Program-made: the position numbers and the translations under genes
The notes under the pieces: model-generated
Seen by the model: the letters and a program-made list of their open reading frames with translations, nothing else
What the model was told of the DNA's origin: nothing
Database searches by the model: none
Part shown: positions 49,153-62,466 of the stretch, piece by piece
How the letters are laid out: every line of letters begins with the position of its first letter
Position numbering within the stretch: the stretch's first letter is position 1
Source: Oikopleura dioica
Taxonomy: Eukaryota > Animalia > Chordata
Reading direction: 5' to 3'
Assembly: GCA_907165135.1 (NCBI GenBank)
Contig: OU015566.1
Location: 6,510,001 to 6,574,000, forward strand
Length of the DNA stretch: 64,000 nucleotides

Positions 49153-51780
49153 ATGATTCTGTGGAGGCACTTAGTTGCCACGCTTTCTTATAAAGCCTTG
49201 GTTCTCGCTGATGATGCTTGCTCGAAGGAAAATATGCCCGGAATTGTGAACTCTGAAGGCAAAACAAGCGGAAGCTGGAGCTGTCAGTTAAAATCTGGAG
49301 AATCCTTCGATCTGGAAAATGCTAAGGATGTCCCAAATAAGGCAAAATGCTTTGCGACTTGTGGAAAACACGAGCCAAGTGGAGATAATTATTATATAAT
49401 GCGACCTGGAGTTTCAAGAGCCATCAGATGCCGTAAGTAGATAATATCTAAGCATAATAACTTATTATTAATAAGTTTGTATAAAATAGAGCTCATTATT
49501 TATTTTCAAATTTATATTCTATTGAGCGTTAGTATTTTTTTCATATTTCTCGAAATTAAAGCGATTAATGAGAGTGGTAATCTTGTAAGAGATAATTAAA
49601 ATAATTTTATTTAGAGGATCTCAATATTATATCGGATAAAGTACTCATTTTTACTTTCATTGATTATTGCTTGACCATCAAGCATACTCATCCCGGTTCT
49701 TATTCTTGTTTCTTTTCCATCTTTTTGGATGAAGTCAGTCGTTAAATTGATTGGAACACCAGTGCCTTAATAACATTAAGAGTTGGAATATTTGAGTATT
49801 TCACCGTTTTTGCTTAGCCTGAAATAATAACTATTTTCATGATTATCAAAATTATGCTGCCAACCAGACTCTTCGACTTCCCAAGAGTTATTCCAATACA
49901 TCTTCGCGAAGGTTTTTTTTTCAAAAATTACTTTCTAGGTAGAAAAAACGGGCTGGTGTATGGAATCGATAAAAACTTCTTTCCTTAAAATTGACTTTTT
50001 TCGCGCCGAGAAGAAGAAGATTAAGAGCATTACGGATATCTTTTTCTTCCATTTCATCTCTTCGTCCGCCATGACTTAGTTTTTTATCGTTTCCAAAGAA
50101 GTGTCCAGCACCTCCAAGCGGTCCAAGATCAGCTGACAGTCTTTCAAGCTCTTTTTCTTTTTCTGACAATTGAGACTTTTCCAGGCGCGATTTTTCATCG
50201 GCAAGTTTTTCATTTTCAATTTTCAATGCATTGATTTCCATTTCAAGTTTTTGATTCTTTGCTTTTTCGTCGTCGATTTTCTTCTCTAATCGTATTTGAA
50301 AATTGATGAGCCGGTGTTTCTTGGTTCTGCATATTGATGTTTGATTTTTTAGAAAAAAATTCTCAATCTCACGAATATTGATTCTTCAAAAATTATAAAT
50401 AAAAGGAAGTTAAGGATAGATATTAACCTTGATTCGAGTTTCGAATTTTCATCTTTCTCCTCGATCAAATTTTCTTTCAATAAGGTCACTTGAGATGCAA
50501 TGTCATTTTTTTCTGTTTGAAGAGTCGCGACGAGATTTGTAAGGGTCTTGACACTTTCAAGCAAAGAAGATTCTCCTTCAGATAAATTTATATCATCTTT
50601 AGGGGTCACGGTGCTCGATCTTTTCTCCAACGTTATATTCTTCTGTCTTCGATGAAGTTCAAGAGAAATTATTTAAAGAACGAATACAAGTTTATTATTT
50701 TAAGTGATATATGAACTCTTTCCATCATCAAAAACATCAATTGTTTCAAGTTGATAAGTGATATTTTTGTCGAATTCATTCTTGGAGCTAGGGCAGTCTT
50801 TGAGATGAGAAGTCAATTCACTTTTGCATGTCATAAGGCAATTTTGGTCCAAACAAGTTTTAATGCACTCGCGAAAGGTAGTTTGCGCTGTTTTCTTGCA
50901 TTTGTTAGCTTCTCTTTGAATCCGAGTCATATATTCGTCACCGCAAAAAGCATCGCAGGAGAAATTGACTGTACAAACCTTTGTGAGCATCATAAACAGA
51001 AGACCTTGAAGCTTAGCCCGTTAAAGTACGCCAGACGTTCGATAAACGGTTAAAATGTGATATCAGCTCCCAAAGTACGAATACTTTTTGAAAACTAAGG
51101 GTATTCATTTTTTGCGGGCTAAGCTTAAATGACGGTCAATGATTCATTGCCATAATTCTTTATAATTTTGCTTATTCCTTTTGTGCATCCATAAAAGATA
51201 AAAAGACAAATATGAATAATATCGTTATCTATTTCTGTGATAAGTTACAGAAGTAGTCACATTTTGTTAGACTTCTGTATCGCTGACAAGCAGTTAATTA
51301 CTGCAAGAATTATCAAGTTGTCTTCCCCATGTGATCGTGTTCAAAGTTCACTTCAGAATTAAACTTCAGGCGCACTCTCTTACGTTTATACTTTATTATG
51401 GTTCAACTGACAAAATTTTTAAGTGTTTCTGTTTCTGCATTATATTGATTTTTTTAGGCGACGGAAACTGGGAGCTAAAAGAATCACACACTCGGGAGAA
51501 GATCGCCCTTCGAGATGTCGTCTGCGAACGTGAGTTTTTTTCTCTTTTCTCATACCCGTTTAGCGCACCGCCACGGAAGTTCAGCTTTCCGGACTCATCA
51601 TCTCCGGAACCCTCATTTTTAAGCATAGTTATTTTTGAATTTAGGCGGATGCGACAAGAGCTTACTACCGCAATTCGACAATGGAGCTTGGAACTGTCCC
51701 CTCGAATTTGAAGGCACGAATATTGTTGCCAATAATTTGGACTGCTTTGCAAAATGCAATCGTGGTTTTACAGAAGTTGG
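49153..51780 (+). CDS. Secreted Cys-rich protein with sushi/CCP-like modules (partial, approximate)
   Basis: Exons ACSK..GSWSC..KCFATC and GCDK..NGAWNC..DCFAKC share a C-x(8-15)-W-x-C..C-F-A-x-C pattern. Confidence 0.45.
49921..50993 (-). CDS. Coiled-coil plus Cys-rich protein exons, opposite strand to the gene above
   Basis: ORFs 50700-50993 (C-x3-C spaced), 50349-50630 and 49921-50241 (heptad-rich EK/LE). Confidence 0.45.
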
Positions 51781-52915
51781 AGCTAAAAGGAACGTTGGAT
51801 TAAAATTGACATTTTTTCTTTTGGCAAAAATTTGGCTCTAGCGCCAAATTATGTTAAAAAATAAGAATTCTAAAAATTTTGTGAAAGAAAAAGTTGTCGA
51901 TCGTCCAAAACTACGTATCTCTAGTTGTTCTTGACAGACAAGGTCGATTAAAAAGGGATCACTGGAAATCTTCCGGCCAAGTTGATTTCACGCCATTTTC
52001 TAATCAGTAAAAAAGTCGTAATTGGCGCCCACCACGTTCACCAAAGGGTAACTAATTGTTGTGCAACCGGCGCTAGAATCTAAACGCGCCGCGAAAATCC
52101 GTTGAATTTGGTTATTCGGATCGACTAGAATTTGAGATTGAAGCAGATTTTTCAATCCGCGAAATAGAACTCTTTTCAACTACAAGGATTATCGAAAGAC
52201 TTGCAAGTGCAACGATCAGAATGGAAGGTGCCATTGGAGGATGAATATGGAAGAACACGAGGACAAAAGTGACATTGTTCCAAGTAAGAAAGAAAGGATA
52301 AGTCGTTGTTATCTGCTCTGGCCACATATTCTTGAGGCCGCTTATAAATTTTAGACGATAGAGTTATTTCTTGTTAGTTTTTGTCTTTTCGTAACTCAAG
52401 GTCTATCTTAGGACATTCTTTTTAAAATAAAGTTTCAAAAATTTCCATGATTTCGCCATCATAAACCTCTGGGTTAGGGTTAGGACTACTGTGGGTAAGG
52501 GTAAGGGTTGGCTTGGGTTGACCAAAGACTTAACCATTACCCGCATTTCAACCAATTAACGCCGAAACGCATGGCGACCAATTAATTGGTACAACGCCCT
52601 TTAATGCCATTTCGACACATTTGGAAATTTGCATATTTACTCATATTTATGTTATGATATGGGTATAATATGAGAATAAAATTGAAGCTTAGCGTCTGAG
52701 AATTATTTATTCATATCATTAATACAGTGAGCTAATCAGTTTCATTGTTAAAAAGGGGTGAAATGGGCATACCAATAAATTGGTACGACCTGCGTTCGAC
52801 GTTGAAAAAATTTTATGCGTTCCGGCGTTAATTGGCTGGTCCAAAAAATACCTAGCGCGTAGGGGTTAGGGTTAGGGCTTATGATAAGCCGCTTATCTTT
52901 CTTTATCAAACAAAG

Positions 52916-54783
52916 ATGAGGGCTTTCCGATAAAAAAATTCTTTAGTGTGCGAGTTCTCAAAAACCAACCGAATCATCAATGGTCAAGACGCGATCGCTA
53001 ACTCGAAGAAATACATGGTCTCAGTTCAAACCCGCGCAAAGACACGGCTTTACAAATTCAAGATTTTTCGCGGGCTCGCAAACTTGAATCTATCCATTTT
53101 CGAATTTCCGCGGAAAATTTAATCCAAGATCTTACAATTCTAATTTTAGATCTTCAAATTTTTTATCAAAGAAAAAATTTTTCTCTTGTAAATTCCAAAG
53201 TTGTAAAATCGTGCGCTAGAACCGTGCTCCTACTCATCATTGTGGCGGTGTTCTGATCCATCCGAAATGGGTTCTCACCGCGGCGCATTGCAAGAAAAAG
53301 TGAGTCGCACATTCTTCAACCTCAACTTTTTGAACACTTTTGCTTCAGAAATCTTTTCGCAGTTCTTGGAGAGCACAATTTGAGACAGGACTCGAAGCGG
53401 GAAAGAGCCTGCAAAGTTGTGGCTACGGTTCCGCATCCAATGTACCATGGAATCTCGCATGATATTATGATGATGAAGATCAAATGCAACGTAAGTTGGA
53501 ATTTTCTCCAAAGAATTTTGAAATTCAGGCACTAAAAACGATACCCATAGATAAAAAGGGCCTGGAAAATAACTGTAATTCGAATTCATAAATGAAGTTA
53601 TCAGTACCCACTAATCCCTCTACGCTTAAAATTATCAACCCGCTCCGAAAAATAATAGAATCCATTTCCGGGGTCAAAATTTTGGAATTTCGAAAATAGA
53701 TTTTTCGAAAATTGTTGACGGGGGGGGGGTCCTTATTAAGGACTCCTTAAGGAGAAACATGTCGATCTTCTTTTCAAAAAAGAAAGTGTTCTCAACTTTT
53801 TTTCGGTGGAAAAAACGGACACGTGAGTGGTTATGAAAATGACATTCGATTCGATCCGCTTTCGCCCATTCTTTTTCACTTTTTCTGACCGACAAAGTTC
53901 CATCCCGTCTTTTGCAACCCCTCAATTTGCAAGATTTGGCAGCATTATCACCAAATCGCCCATCACCGTTGTTCTTATAATTTCTTGATTTCGGTGAAGT
54001 GACGTTTTAAAAAGTGAAAATGAAGGAACCCAAAAGTGACAGAAATTTATCATAAAAGGGCGAAAATAGGTGGATTTTGAAATTGAATTTAATTTATGAT
54101 AAAAACGCGTCAGGAAGCTGTCATCTTAAAAGCGAGATGGACACGTTAGTTTTTTCTCGATTCTTTTTTTTTGACTATTTCGGGAATCCAATTTTCAAGT
54201 GATTATGTAATAAGTGTCCATCTGATGAGTCCGATTTTAAGGGGGTAGGGATCGCTAAGCTGATTTTCCAAATGGCTTTTCTTTGAATTAACACTGCGAT
54301 ACCCTTATTCTACTTCATTCTATTTTTTCAGAACAAAGGAATGGGAAATTTCATCGAGCCCGCCGTCCTCCCCTCTTTCATGCACGATTTGGCGCCAGGA
54401 AGCAAGTGCGAAGTCTGCGGCTGGGGCAACACCAACGCCACACCAGGTGAGTATACCGAAGCTCAATCTCTTCAGTGCGTCGACTTGCCGATCATCGACA
54501 CGGATCGATGCAACGCGCCGAATTCATACGCCGGAGCGATTCACGAGGACATCATGTGCGTTGGCTACATGACTGGCGGTCAGGACTCTTGCCAGGTAGG
54601 GAAGTCCTCAAAACCACTTCCATAGCAAAATTTAAGGGCGATTCTGGAGGACCAGCTATCTGCGACGGCCGAGTCCACGGACTGGTCATGGGAGGAAATC
54701 AATGCGCACAAGCAAATTTCCCCGGCGTTTATACTCGACTTTCTCACTACATTCCTTGGATCAGGAGTATTCTTGAAGGTTAG
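52916..54783 (+). CDS. Trypsin-like serine protease (S1A), multi-exon; start approximate
   Basis: R|IINGQ activation site, [17 protein letters not shown] (His), HDIMMMK (Asp), DSCQ|GDSGGP (Ser; S1-pocket Asp), PGVYTR. Confidence 0.93.
53654..53735. mobile_element. Right end of the same MITE family as 8200-8533
   Basis: AGAATCCATTTCCGGGGTCAAAATTTT..TTTTCGAAAATTGTTGACG..GGTCCTTA matches 8463-8536. Confidence 0.7.
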
Positions 54784-56067
54784 ACACGATTAGTTGGATG
54801 TGGGCGAGCAATAATAGGATCAGTACTTAAAATTCAAATACAGTAAGAAACAAAGTAGCTTGAGTCTTTTTGAGTTGATTCAATGAATCAAGCCATCTAG
54901 CTCGCTCATTTCATACAGTAGTAGAACAATACAGTGTATTGAACATATCAAATTAACTCTTATCTAGCTACTTACATGCTTAAAGTACAGTTTGTTTGTA
55001 ATAAAAAACAACTGATCGTTGATTAAAAAGATCATTGAACCCGCTAACCAAAAAAAAAACTAGAAGTTTTTGAATGACAAAAATTTCTTTCAGAACCCGC
55101 CCATAAACAATCCGGCCGAAAGGGTGGACGAAGCCGAAGGTTTTTCTAAAAGATTCTTGATTTCAACCGGTTAGAAAAACAAAATCATCAGCCAATTTTG
55201 AATTGGAAAACTTTTGGAATCCCAAAGTTCAAAAACCGAAAAAGCTCAGTTTTCGGGTAGAACCAATTTTTGGAACAGATTTTTTGGAAAGGGTTTTGAT
55301 TGGCCGGTAGGCCAAATACAGCAATCTTATTTGTCATCCAAAAATCCATTTCCAAAAATTGGTATAGTCCCAGTTTTCTGTTTATCATAAACCTGAACTT
55401 TTTTGTTTGTAAAAGAGTGATAATTGTGATTGAGCATCCGGGCCTCAGCTGCTTCTCCGCTCAACTACAGTTATCTTTTCGAGTTATCGCGAGTTTTGGA
55501 AATGCCAAAACGTGGTGTTTAGTTTTTCCTTTTTAACTTTCCCTGAATTGATCTTCCTTGATTCCCGTGTTTAGGCTACCGAAAAAGGTAAAAAAATCGA
55601 ACCTCGGATGAACACACAAAGAAACCAACTTTGCCCAAATCAACACAAACACGAAAACAGCCCCACCCAATTTGCCACAAGCCAAAAAGCGATCCTTTAA
55701 CTTATTTATATAACTCGAGATTACTTCATTTATTTCTCAAATTTTCGCCACGTGTTCAAACTAAGCAATCTTGAAAAAAGGTTGAAAAATGAACATTCAG
55801 TAGAATTTCGAGTCCGAAAAATGAATAATGAATAAATAAATAACTGTAAATACAATAAAAAAAATCAAAAATCTCCACTGTAAAAACACGAAGCCCAAAA
55901 ACCCCCGAAAATAATTCAAAACGATAAAGAAGACAAAATATAAAAAGAGATTTGTATAAACTGTGCACTGTTTTATTGTATGAAATCACACAATCAAAAT
56001 TTGGCCTTTATGGCCAAGAAATAAAGCTGCTTGTAAACTTTTAGTCAATTTGAAAACAAAAAAAATT

Positions 56068-57390
56068 TCAAGCAAACATTCGGATGATTTTTTTCTCGTG
56101 GATCTCGAATCCGCAATGGCAGTAGAACTTCTTTCTTCCGACTTAAAATAGTGTTGGCCAGAATATTCAATTATAAATATTTACTATTTCGTTGACGAGC
56201 AAATTCCATTTTCATGCAAGTCCAGCAACAACAATGGCCACAGGCATGCGAGTATTTTGCGCGTTTTCCATCATCGTAGTATCTGAATTGTAATTTTTTT
56301 TTGATGAATGTGAGCATGAATCTTACTCGTAGCAGATTTGACACATCATGAAAGCCTCAAGTCGTTCTCTTTGGAGGGTCTTCTTGTCGACCGACTTTGC
56401 TCTAGTGTTTTTTTCTACCTCAGGTTCCGGACATTCTTCCTCTTCCAAGTGGGTTCCGTCAAGATCTTCAGCTAAAGAGGCCATTTCATTGGAAGGTTCC
56501 TCGTTGCTTGGGCGGTCTTCATTGTCTTCTGTCACCAAGTCTGCTACATCGCCGTTGTCAAGTTCGAGCTAAAAGATTCTCAAAAAGTTTTTTTGAAAAA
56601 GATTACTGTTCTTCAGTATCTCGAGATGAGGAACACTCGGCTTGGCTGCTTGATAATTTATCCTGAACATCGTGTTGTTGAGTTGATGGTCTTTTATTTA
56701 ATTTCTTGTTCTGCTTCTTCTTTTTTCCTTTCTTTTGGTTGGTACCACGAGCTGATTTTTTCTCTCGGGACTTTTTATCTTCTTCTTCAACCCAATCAGG
56801 GATTTCATATGTGCCAGAAATTGTCTCAAGAGGAGGTTCGAAAACTAACTTCCTATTCTTGATGAACATTCGTCTCTTCCCATCCGCTTGTTTCGCTTTT
56901 TTGCTGTCCCAAATCCAGCCTAGTCGATCAGGAGCCCCCTCCAATGCATTTTTTTCGGTGACAGAGGTTTCGAATAGAAGCAACTGTAAGGAGTGAGACT
57001 GTATTCTTCTTGAAGAGTTACGAAACGGTGCTATTAAATATATTACTAATATAATATAAGAGGTTAACATTATTCTTCATCTTACCCTAACCCTAACCCT
57101 AATCATGAAAACTTACCAGAATTGTCATCTACCATGCGGAGCATCAGCAGCTCATTAGAACCGTTATCAGTAAGCAAAAGAATTTTCGAATCAACGCCTC
57201 TTCTCTCAATTTTACTATCGATGAAATCCGACAGGCACCCTCGTTGAATTTTAGCATAGCTTCCTGGAATGCTCAAAGTGTTTCCATGAAAAGCCTCGAC
57301 AGAGGTCAATTTGATTGTATATCGTCTGGTACTTATTGTTATGTCACTCTCTTTGATACATTTTCTTATCTCTTCGAGATTGGACGTCAT
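56068..57390 (-). CDS. Protein with C-terminal RING-variant finger
   Basis: CQICYE | YDDGKRAKYSHACGHCCCWTC..| FYCHCG; acidic/basic low-complexity middle; one internal junction needs a non-GT donor. Confidence 0.6.
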
Positions 57391-57443
57391 TTATTGAAAA
57401 TAACTCTTTTTCATTCAAAATGTCTCAGGACGATTCAAATTAT

Positions 57444-58190
57444 TCACGCGAACATTCGGATGATCTTTTTCTCGTGGATCTCAAACCCGCAATGGCAGTA
57501 GAACTTCTTTCTTCTCACTAAAAATTGTTGGCAAGAGTGTTGTAAATTAAAATTATTAACTTTCTCTTTGACGAGCAAACTCCATCTTCATGCATGTCAA
57601 GCAGCAACAATGGCCACAGGCGTGTGAGTATTTTGCATGTTTTTCATCATCGTAGTATCTGAATTATTGTTACTTGATTTGATTAATGTTAGCATAAATC
57701 TTACTCGAAACAGATTTGACACATCGTGAAAATCTCAAGTCATTCTTTCCGGAAGGTGTCATTATCCACCGAATTCGCTTTAGTTGATGAGCAAGAGCTC
57801 CTTTCCACTTCACGTTCCATACATTCTTCTTTTTTCAAGTCAGTTTCTTCCAAATCTTCAACTGATGATGCGACGTCAGTGGAAGCCTCCTTATTGTTCG
57901 ACTGGTCTTTATTTCCTACTGTCTACTCCTAACCCTAACCCTAACCATGATAACTTACCAGAATTATCGTCTTTCATGCGAAGATAAAGCAGCTCATTAG
58001 AACCGTTGTCATCAGTAAAAAGAAAAATTTTCGAGTCTTCGCCTTTTCTTTCGATTAGTCTCGTTTTTACTAAAAATCATCTTGTTAGCAGTTTATTTTG
58101 CTCAAAAATAACTTGTCCCGGGCGGTAGAAAAGCTTTTTAATAATGGAAATCGTGGGCAAATCCCATAGAATTCACTTTAAGAACTAGAG
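57444..58190 (-). pseudogene. Tandem paralog of the RING gene, disabled
   Basis: Same exon layout; in-frame TGA at 57740-57742 where the paralog has CGA; 1-nt frameshift near 58017; lacks the K-rich middle exon. Confidence 0.7.
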
Positions 58191-58315
58191 TTATTCACGA
58201 CAAATGAAAATTATTTTTTTATATCCGTTTATGAGCTTCGATGCTTTTCCGAAGAGCTACTGAGATAAATACCAAGAAGCAGAGAGATCAAAAACAATAA
58301 CGGGTCGAAGACAGC

Positions 58316-60866
58316 ATGATCGAAATTGAAAACTCCCATGGCTCGTTTGCCCCGACGAGAAAAGGTTCTAGGGCGAGATGGTTCATTTGCGGGGAGGACT
58401 ATTTCGTTGCGGTCAAGGAGGCGATAGATTCGGCCAAGGAAGAGATCTTCATCGCTGGCTGGTGGTTCATGCCCCAAATAGAACTGATACGGACTGAGCA
58501 GCGAGTCACGTTGGAGAAATCCCTGAAAGAAGCGGTCCGAAGAGGCGTCAAGATTTTTATCCTCGTCTTCAACAGTAACTTGGAGTACATCCTCAGATTC
58601 ACTAGATTCTACACAGCAGTCAAAAGAAAGAACAAGATCTACCGCGAAAACTTGATAGAACACATCCGCGCGCAGGGTTCGGTAATTTGAGCTCAAGCTA
58701 AAACTCATTTTGGCTAGACGCTCAAATTTCCTCAAATTGAGAACTCAAAGTGACTTGAGAAATCATTTTGAGAAGATTTGAGAGTTTTGAAAGTTTTGAG
58801 TTTTTGGGAGATTTGAGAGTTTTGAGTTTTCAAAACTCAAATTAAGCGAGCGCTTCCTTGATTGGCTCATGGATCGCCAGAATTGATTTCTCACCCGAGC
58901 TCTCATCTCTGAGTTCTCAAAACTCAAATTAAAAAATGTGAGTCTCAAGCTTTGTTTCCTTGAGTTTTAGCGTGAGCTCAAATTACCGAACCCTGTCCGC
59001 GCGGAAAAGACTAAAGCTGGCACGATTGATCAGAGTTCAAAATCAATGTGGATTTTTGCGGAAGCGGAAGGAGCGAACATTAGTCCATAGATTTTCCCTT
59101 CTAATTTTTTCTTCCGCTAATGGGAATGGGAAATTTTGAGCTCTGCTAAAGATGGTGATATTTATTTTCTGGCCCATCCAGATTTGCGGCTAGCGACAAA
59201 AGGAGGCTTTTTAGGCTTGCAATGGATGAATCATGAAAAAATTCTAGTTGTTGATCAAAGTATGGCGCTGCTGGGAGGCATTGACCTTTGCATAGGAAGA
59301 TATGGGGAGCACGGCAAATACTCGCTTTTTGACAGCTCAGAGGAGAAATTCAAGGGAGCTGATTATTTCAATTCATTTGAGAATCCCGACTGGGAAAAGC
59401 CTCGAAAAGATTTGAAAAGGTAAGTTTTTTTAATAAATTTAATTGCATTTGATAAGGATTCCGTATCACGACAATGCTTGCCAAATATTCGGCGAAAGTG
59501 CTCGCGATCTCGCCGCGCATTTTATCCAGCGCTGGAATTTTTCGAACGAGAAAATCAACAGTTTCTGCTGTTTTCGTTTGAATAATACTCCGGCGCTTCA
59601 ATTAAAATGCATCGAAGCAGACTACAATATCGAGGAAAGATACGGTGGTCATTTCGATCTTGCTACGAACGTGGAAAGTATTCAAGGTCAGACAAATGCG
59701 ATTAATTGCTTCATGTTGAAGGTCATTTTAGTTCTCCGATCTGCTGGAGAATCTTCAACTGGTCTGAAAGAAAAAGAATGCTCCATCTACAATGCTTACT
59801 GTGAAGTTATCAAACATTCAAAACGATTCATTTACATTGAAACGCAATGGTTTATTTCTGACGCTTCTTTATCTCAAAACTCGAGCAACAGAATACAGAA
59901 TAAGATCGCGGCTTCGATTGCTTCAAGAATAATAACCGCCTTCGAGAAGGACGAAGATTTCAAAGTTTACATTGTGTTGCCAGAAGTAGCTGATTTCTAT
60001 GGTAAATTCGAAGACCGAAACACCCCAGAACAGGAGCTTTTCTTTCATCTCCAGGTTTATTTATCAGGCTTACATGAATATCATCTTTTTCTAGCGCCAC
60101 AGCCTGACAGAAGGAGTTCACTCAATCAAGCATCAGTTAGATCTGTACAACTCAAAGATGAGTTCAGAAAATCCTGAAAAACAAATCGTTTTCGACAATT
60201 ACATCACTATCGCCGCATTTCACAAATGGGAAAAACATAACAATGAGCTTTTTCACTCGCAAATTTATGTTCATTCAAAACTGATGATCGTTGATGACGA
60301 GAGGTGTATAATTGGAAGCGCAAATATTCAGGACAGATGTTTTCTCGGGGACAGAGATACTGAAACTTCTGTACTTATCAATGGTTGGAGCAAGTTAAGC
60401 TCAACAAAAACGCGTTTTCAGGAAAGGAGTTCTGCAAATCCTTCCGTCTCAAAATCTGGTCCGTGGCTCTCGGGTCCTTGAACGGCCTGGATCTTTGCCC
60501 GAGCAAAGACGAGTTTTTCTTCGATCATTGGAACAAAGTTGCCAACGCCAACTCTTCCGCTCTTTGGGAAGCCTTCCGCAACTTGCCACACGATTCCATC
60601 AAGGTTTAAGAGACGCTCATCTTCAAACCCATCATTTTACTCGTTTCTAGGAGTACCTTAACGATAAAGACCCTTCCTGGCAAAAGTGGAAAGAAGAATA
60701 CGAACACAAACAAAAACTTCCAACAGAGCAAAAACTCGAAGCCCTCAAAGACTACCAAGGATTTCTCGTCAAATACCAAATTAACTTTGCTTCGAACAAC
60801 AAAGAAATCAAAACTTCTTCAACAAGTACAGATCTCATTCACAAATTCACTGAAATGTTCCTCTAA
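58316..60866 (+). CDS. PLD: Phospholipase D (PLD1/2-type catalytic core, no PX/PH)
   Basis: [24 protein letters not shown]; HKD1 [20 protein letters not shown]; PYHD; FIYIETQWF; HKD2 [20 protein letters not shown]. Confidence 0.92.
58673..58995. mobile_element. hAT-type MITE (323 bp) inserted in PLD coding sequence
   Basis: 23-bp perfect TIR CAGGGTTCGGTAATTTGAGCTCA; 8-bp TSD TCCGCGCG at 58665-58672 and 58996-59003. Confidence 0.92.
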
Positions 60867-61096
60867 TTAGTAATATACAGTATTTCCATCTAGAATTATT
60901 TCCCACGACAGTTTCGTTTGAATGTTTAATTACTGTTGACTTTGTTAATGGCTTGCTTCATTGTTGTCGAAATTACTCAGCTCACGCTGAAAATAATGAA
61001 AGCTCTCTCTCTTTGGCGAGGCATTTTACGATTCATGCCAGCAAGAGTAAATACGCTTCCTTTGGCGTCAAAAAAGAGAGAAATTAAAACGAATAA

Positions 61097-61516
61097 ATGA
61101 AATCCGGGGAGGTGCTTTCTGCGATTCTTTTGATAAGTGGTTTTGGCTTGTGCATTACAGGTAGATAATTACAGGGAAATAATCAGAGGTGACAAGTGCT
61201 GTTTTCAGCCGCCTCCTTGCTTAGCTGTATCGACTCAAAGTGCAAAGATTGCTGGTGTAAAAACACAACAGAAGTTCAAGGGGTTATTCTGTTGATTGTA
61301 GGAACCGCGCTTCTAGGTACTACCCTCGCCAATATTTCTATTCAAACCCTTTTTCAAAGGAGTCTACGGAGCAGCAGCTGCAAACGAAGATAAAGTCACT
61401 CATTTTCTCCGCTCAACCATTTTAAGACCAAAGAAATCGAAGCAAAGAATAGAAGAACAGCAAGAGCAAGATGGAATGATTCAAGAAGAAACTGGTTCGC
61501 GAGAGACTTCTTTTAA
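61097..61516 (+). CDS. Small membrane protein, unknown
   Basis: Hydrophobic N-terminal exon, Cys-rich loop, second hydrophobic segment (GVILLIVGTALLGTTLA). Confidence 0.4.
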
Positions 61517-61575
61517 TTTATTTTTCTTTTGTGAATATTTAATAAATTTAACGGCGAATGGAACTTTGAAAAGAC

Positions 61576-62466
61576 TCAGTAGGGGTGAAAAACTCGTTGG
61601 TAATTCGATGAATGTGTTGGCTTCGGTAGACGTCGTACTTTTCTGATCGAAGCACCAATCGCACGTGGCTGAAATACTCTTATTTCACGGACTAAAGAGA
61701 TTTTATACCGTATCAAAAGAAAAGCAAAGCTCGCCGAGCAAAAAGAAAGCACAACTTTCAAAATGAAAACGTATCGATCACGCATTTCTTCCTTGTTTTC
61801 AATAGGCATCTCCGGTAAAGGCCCATAAATTGTCTCCGCGGCGGATTCTTTCTCGGTAATCATTTGAATGGTTGCTTCTGCATTGGCGACAGAGGGAGTG
61901 GTGGTTTCTTTTGGTTCAATTTTATCCCGAAGATGAACAGAAACTTCTTCTATCGTCCAGTTTTCAAAGTAGCTTTTTACCAAAATAATCGTAAATTTGA
62001 CATGTGCTAGTCTTTCTTTGCTTCTCTAAATAAATTGTTTATTATTATAATAAATGAAAGAAACAAGGAAGAAACTTACCCAGATAGCCTGAAGGGACTT
62101 TTTGTAAGATTTATTCTTGTGCATGATCAAAGAACATGAATAAACAGTCCCATTTTTCGACTCAAATGTTCCAGCGGGCTGTCCTTAAAATTATGCTAAC
62201 AAAACAATTTTAGGCGATTGTTCACCATCGTAGCTTGCTTGAAGCATAAAACCACGAAAGTCGAATTTTGACAGAATCTTTAGCTCAAAGACATCTTCCT
62301 CTTCACTCGGGACTTGCTTCACATGTAGAATATCAGTTTCATGAACCATTTGGCTCTCGTTATGATGCTCTGGGAACTTTGACAAATTGCAGGGGTCGAA
62401 GTTGTACAATTCATAATTCGAATAGCTTGCTCCGATATCGAGAAAAGTTTGCAAAAGAAAAAGCAT
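61576..62466 (-). CDS. Reeler-domain type I membrane protein
   Basis: FRGFMLQAS and PAGTF..CS..QAIW motifs of Reeler domains; C-terminal TM VFILKVVLSFCSASFAFLLI. Confidence 0.65.

Noticed and set aside
58229-58735. 168-aa minus-strand ORF
   Set aside because: Antisense shadow of PLD exon 1 running into the MITE.
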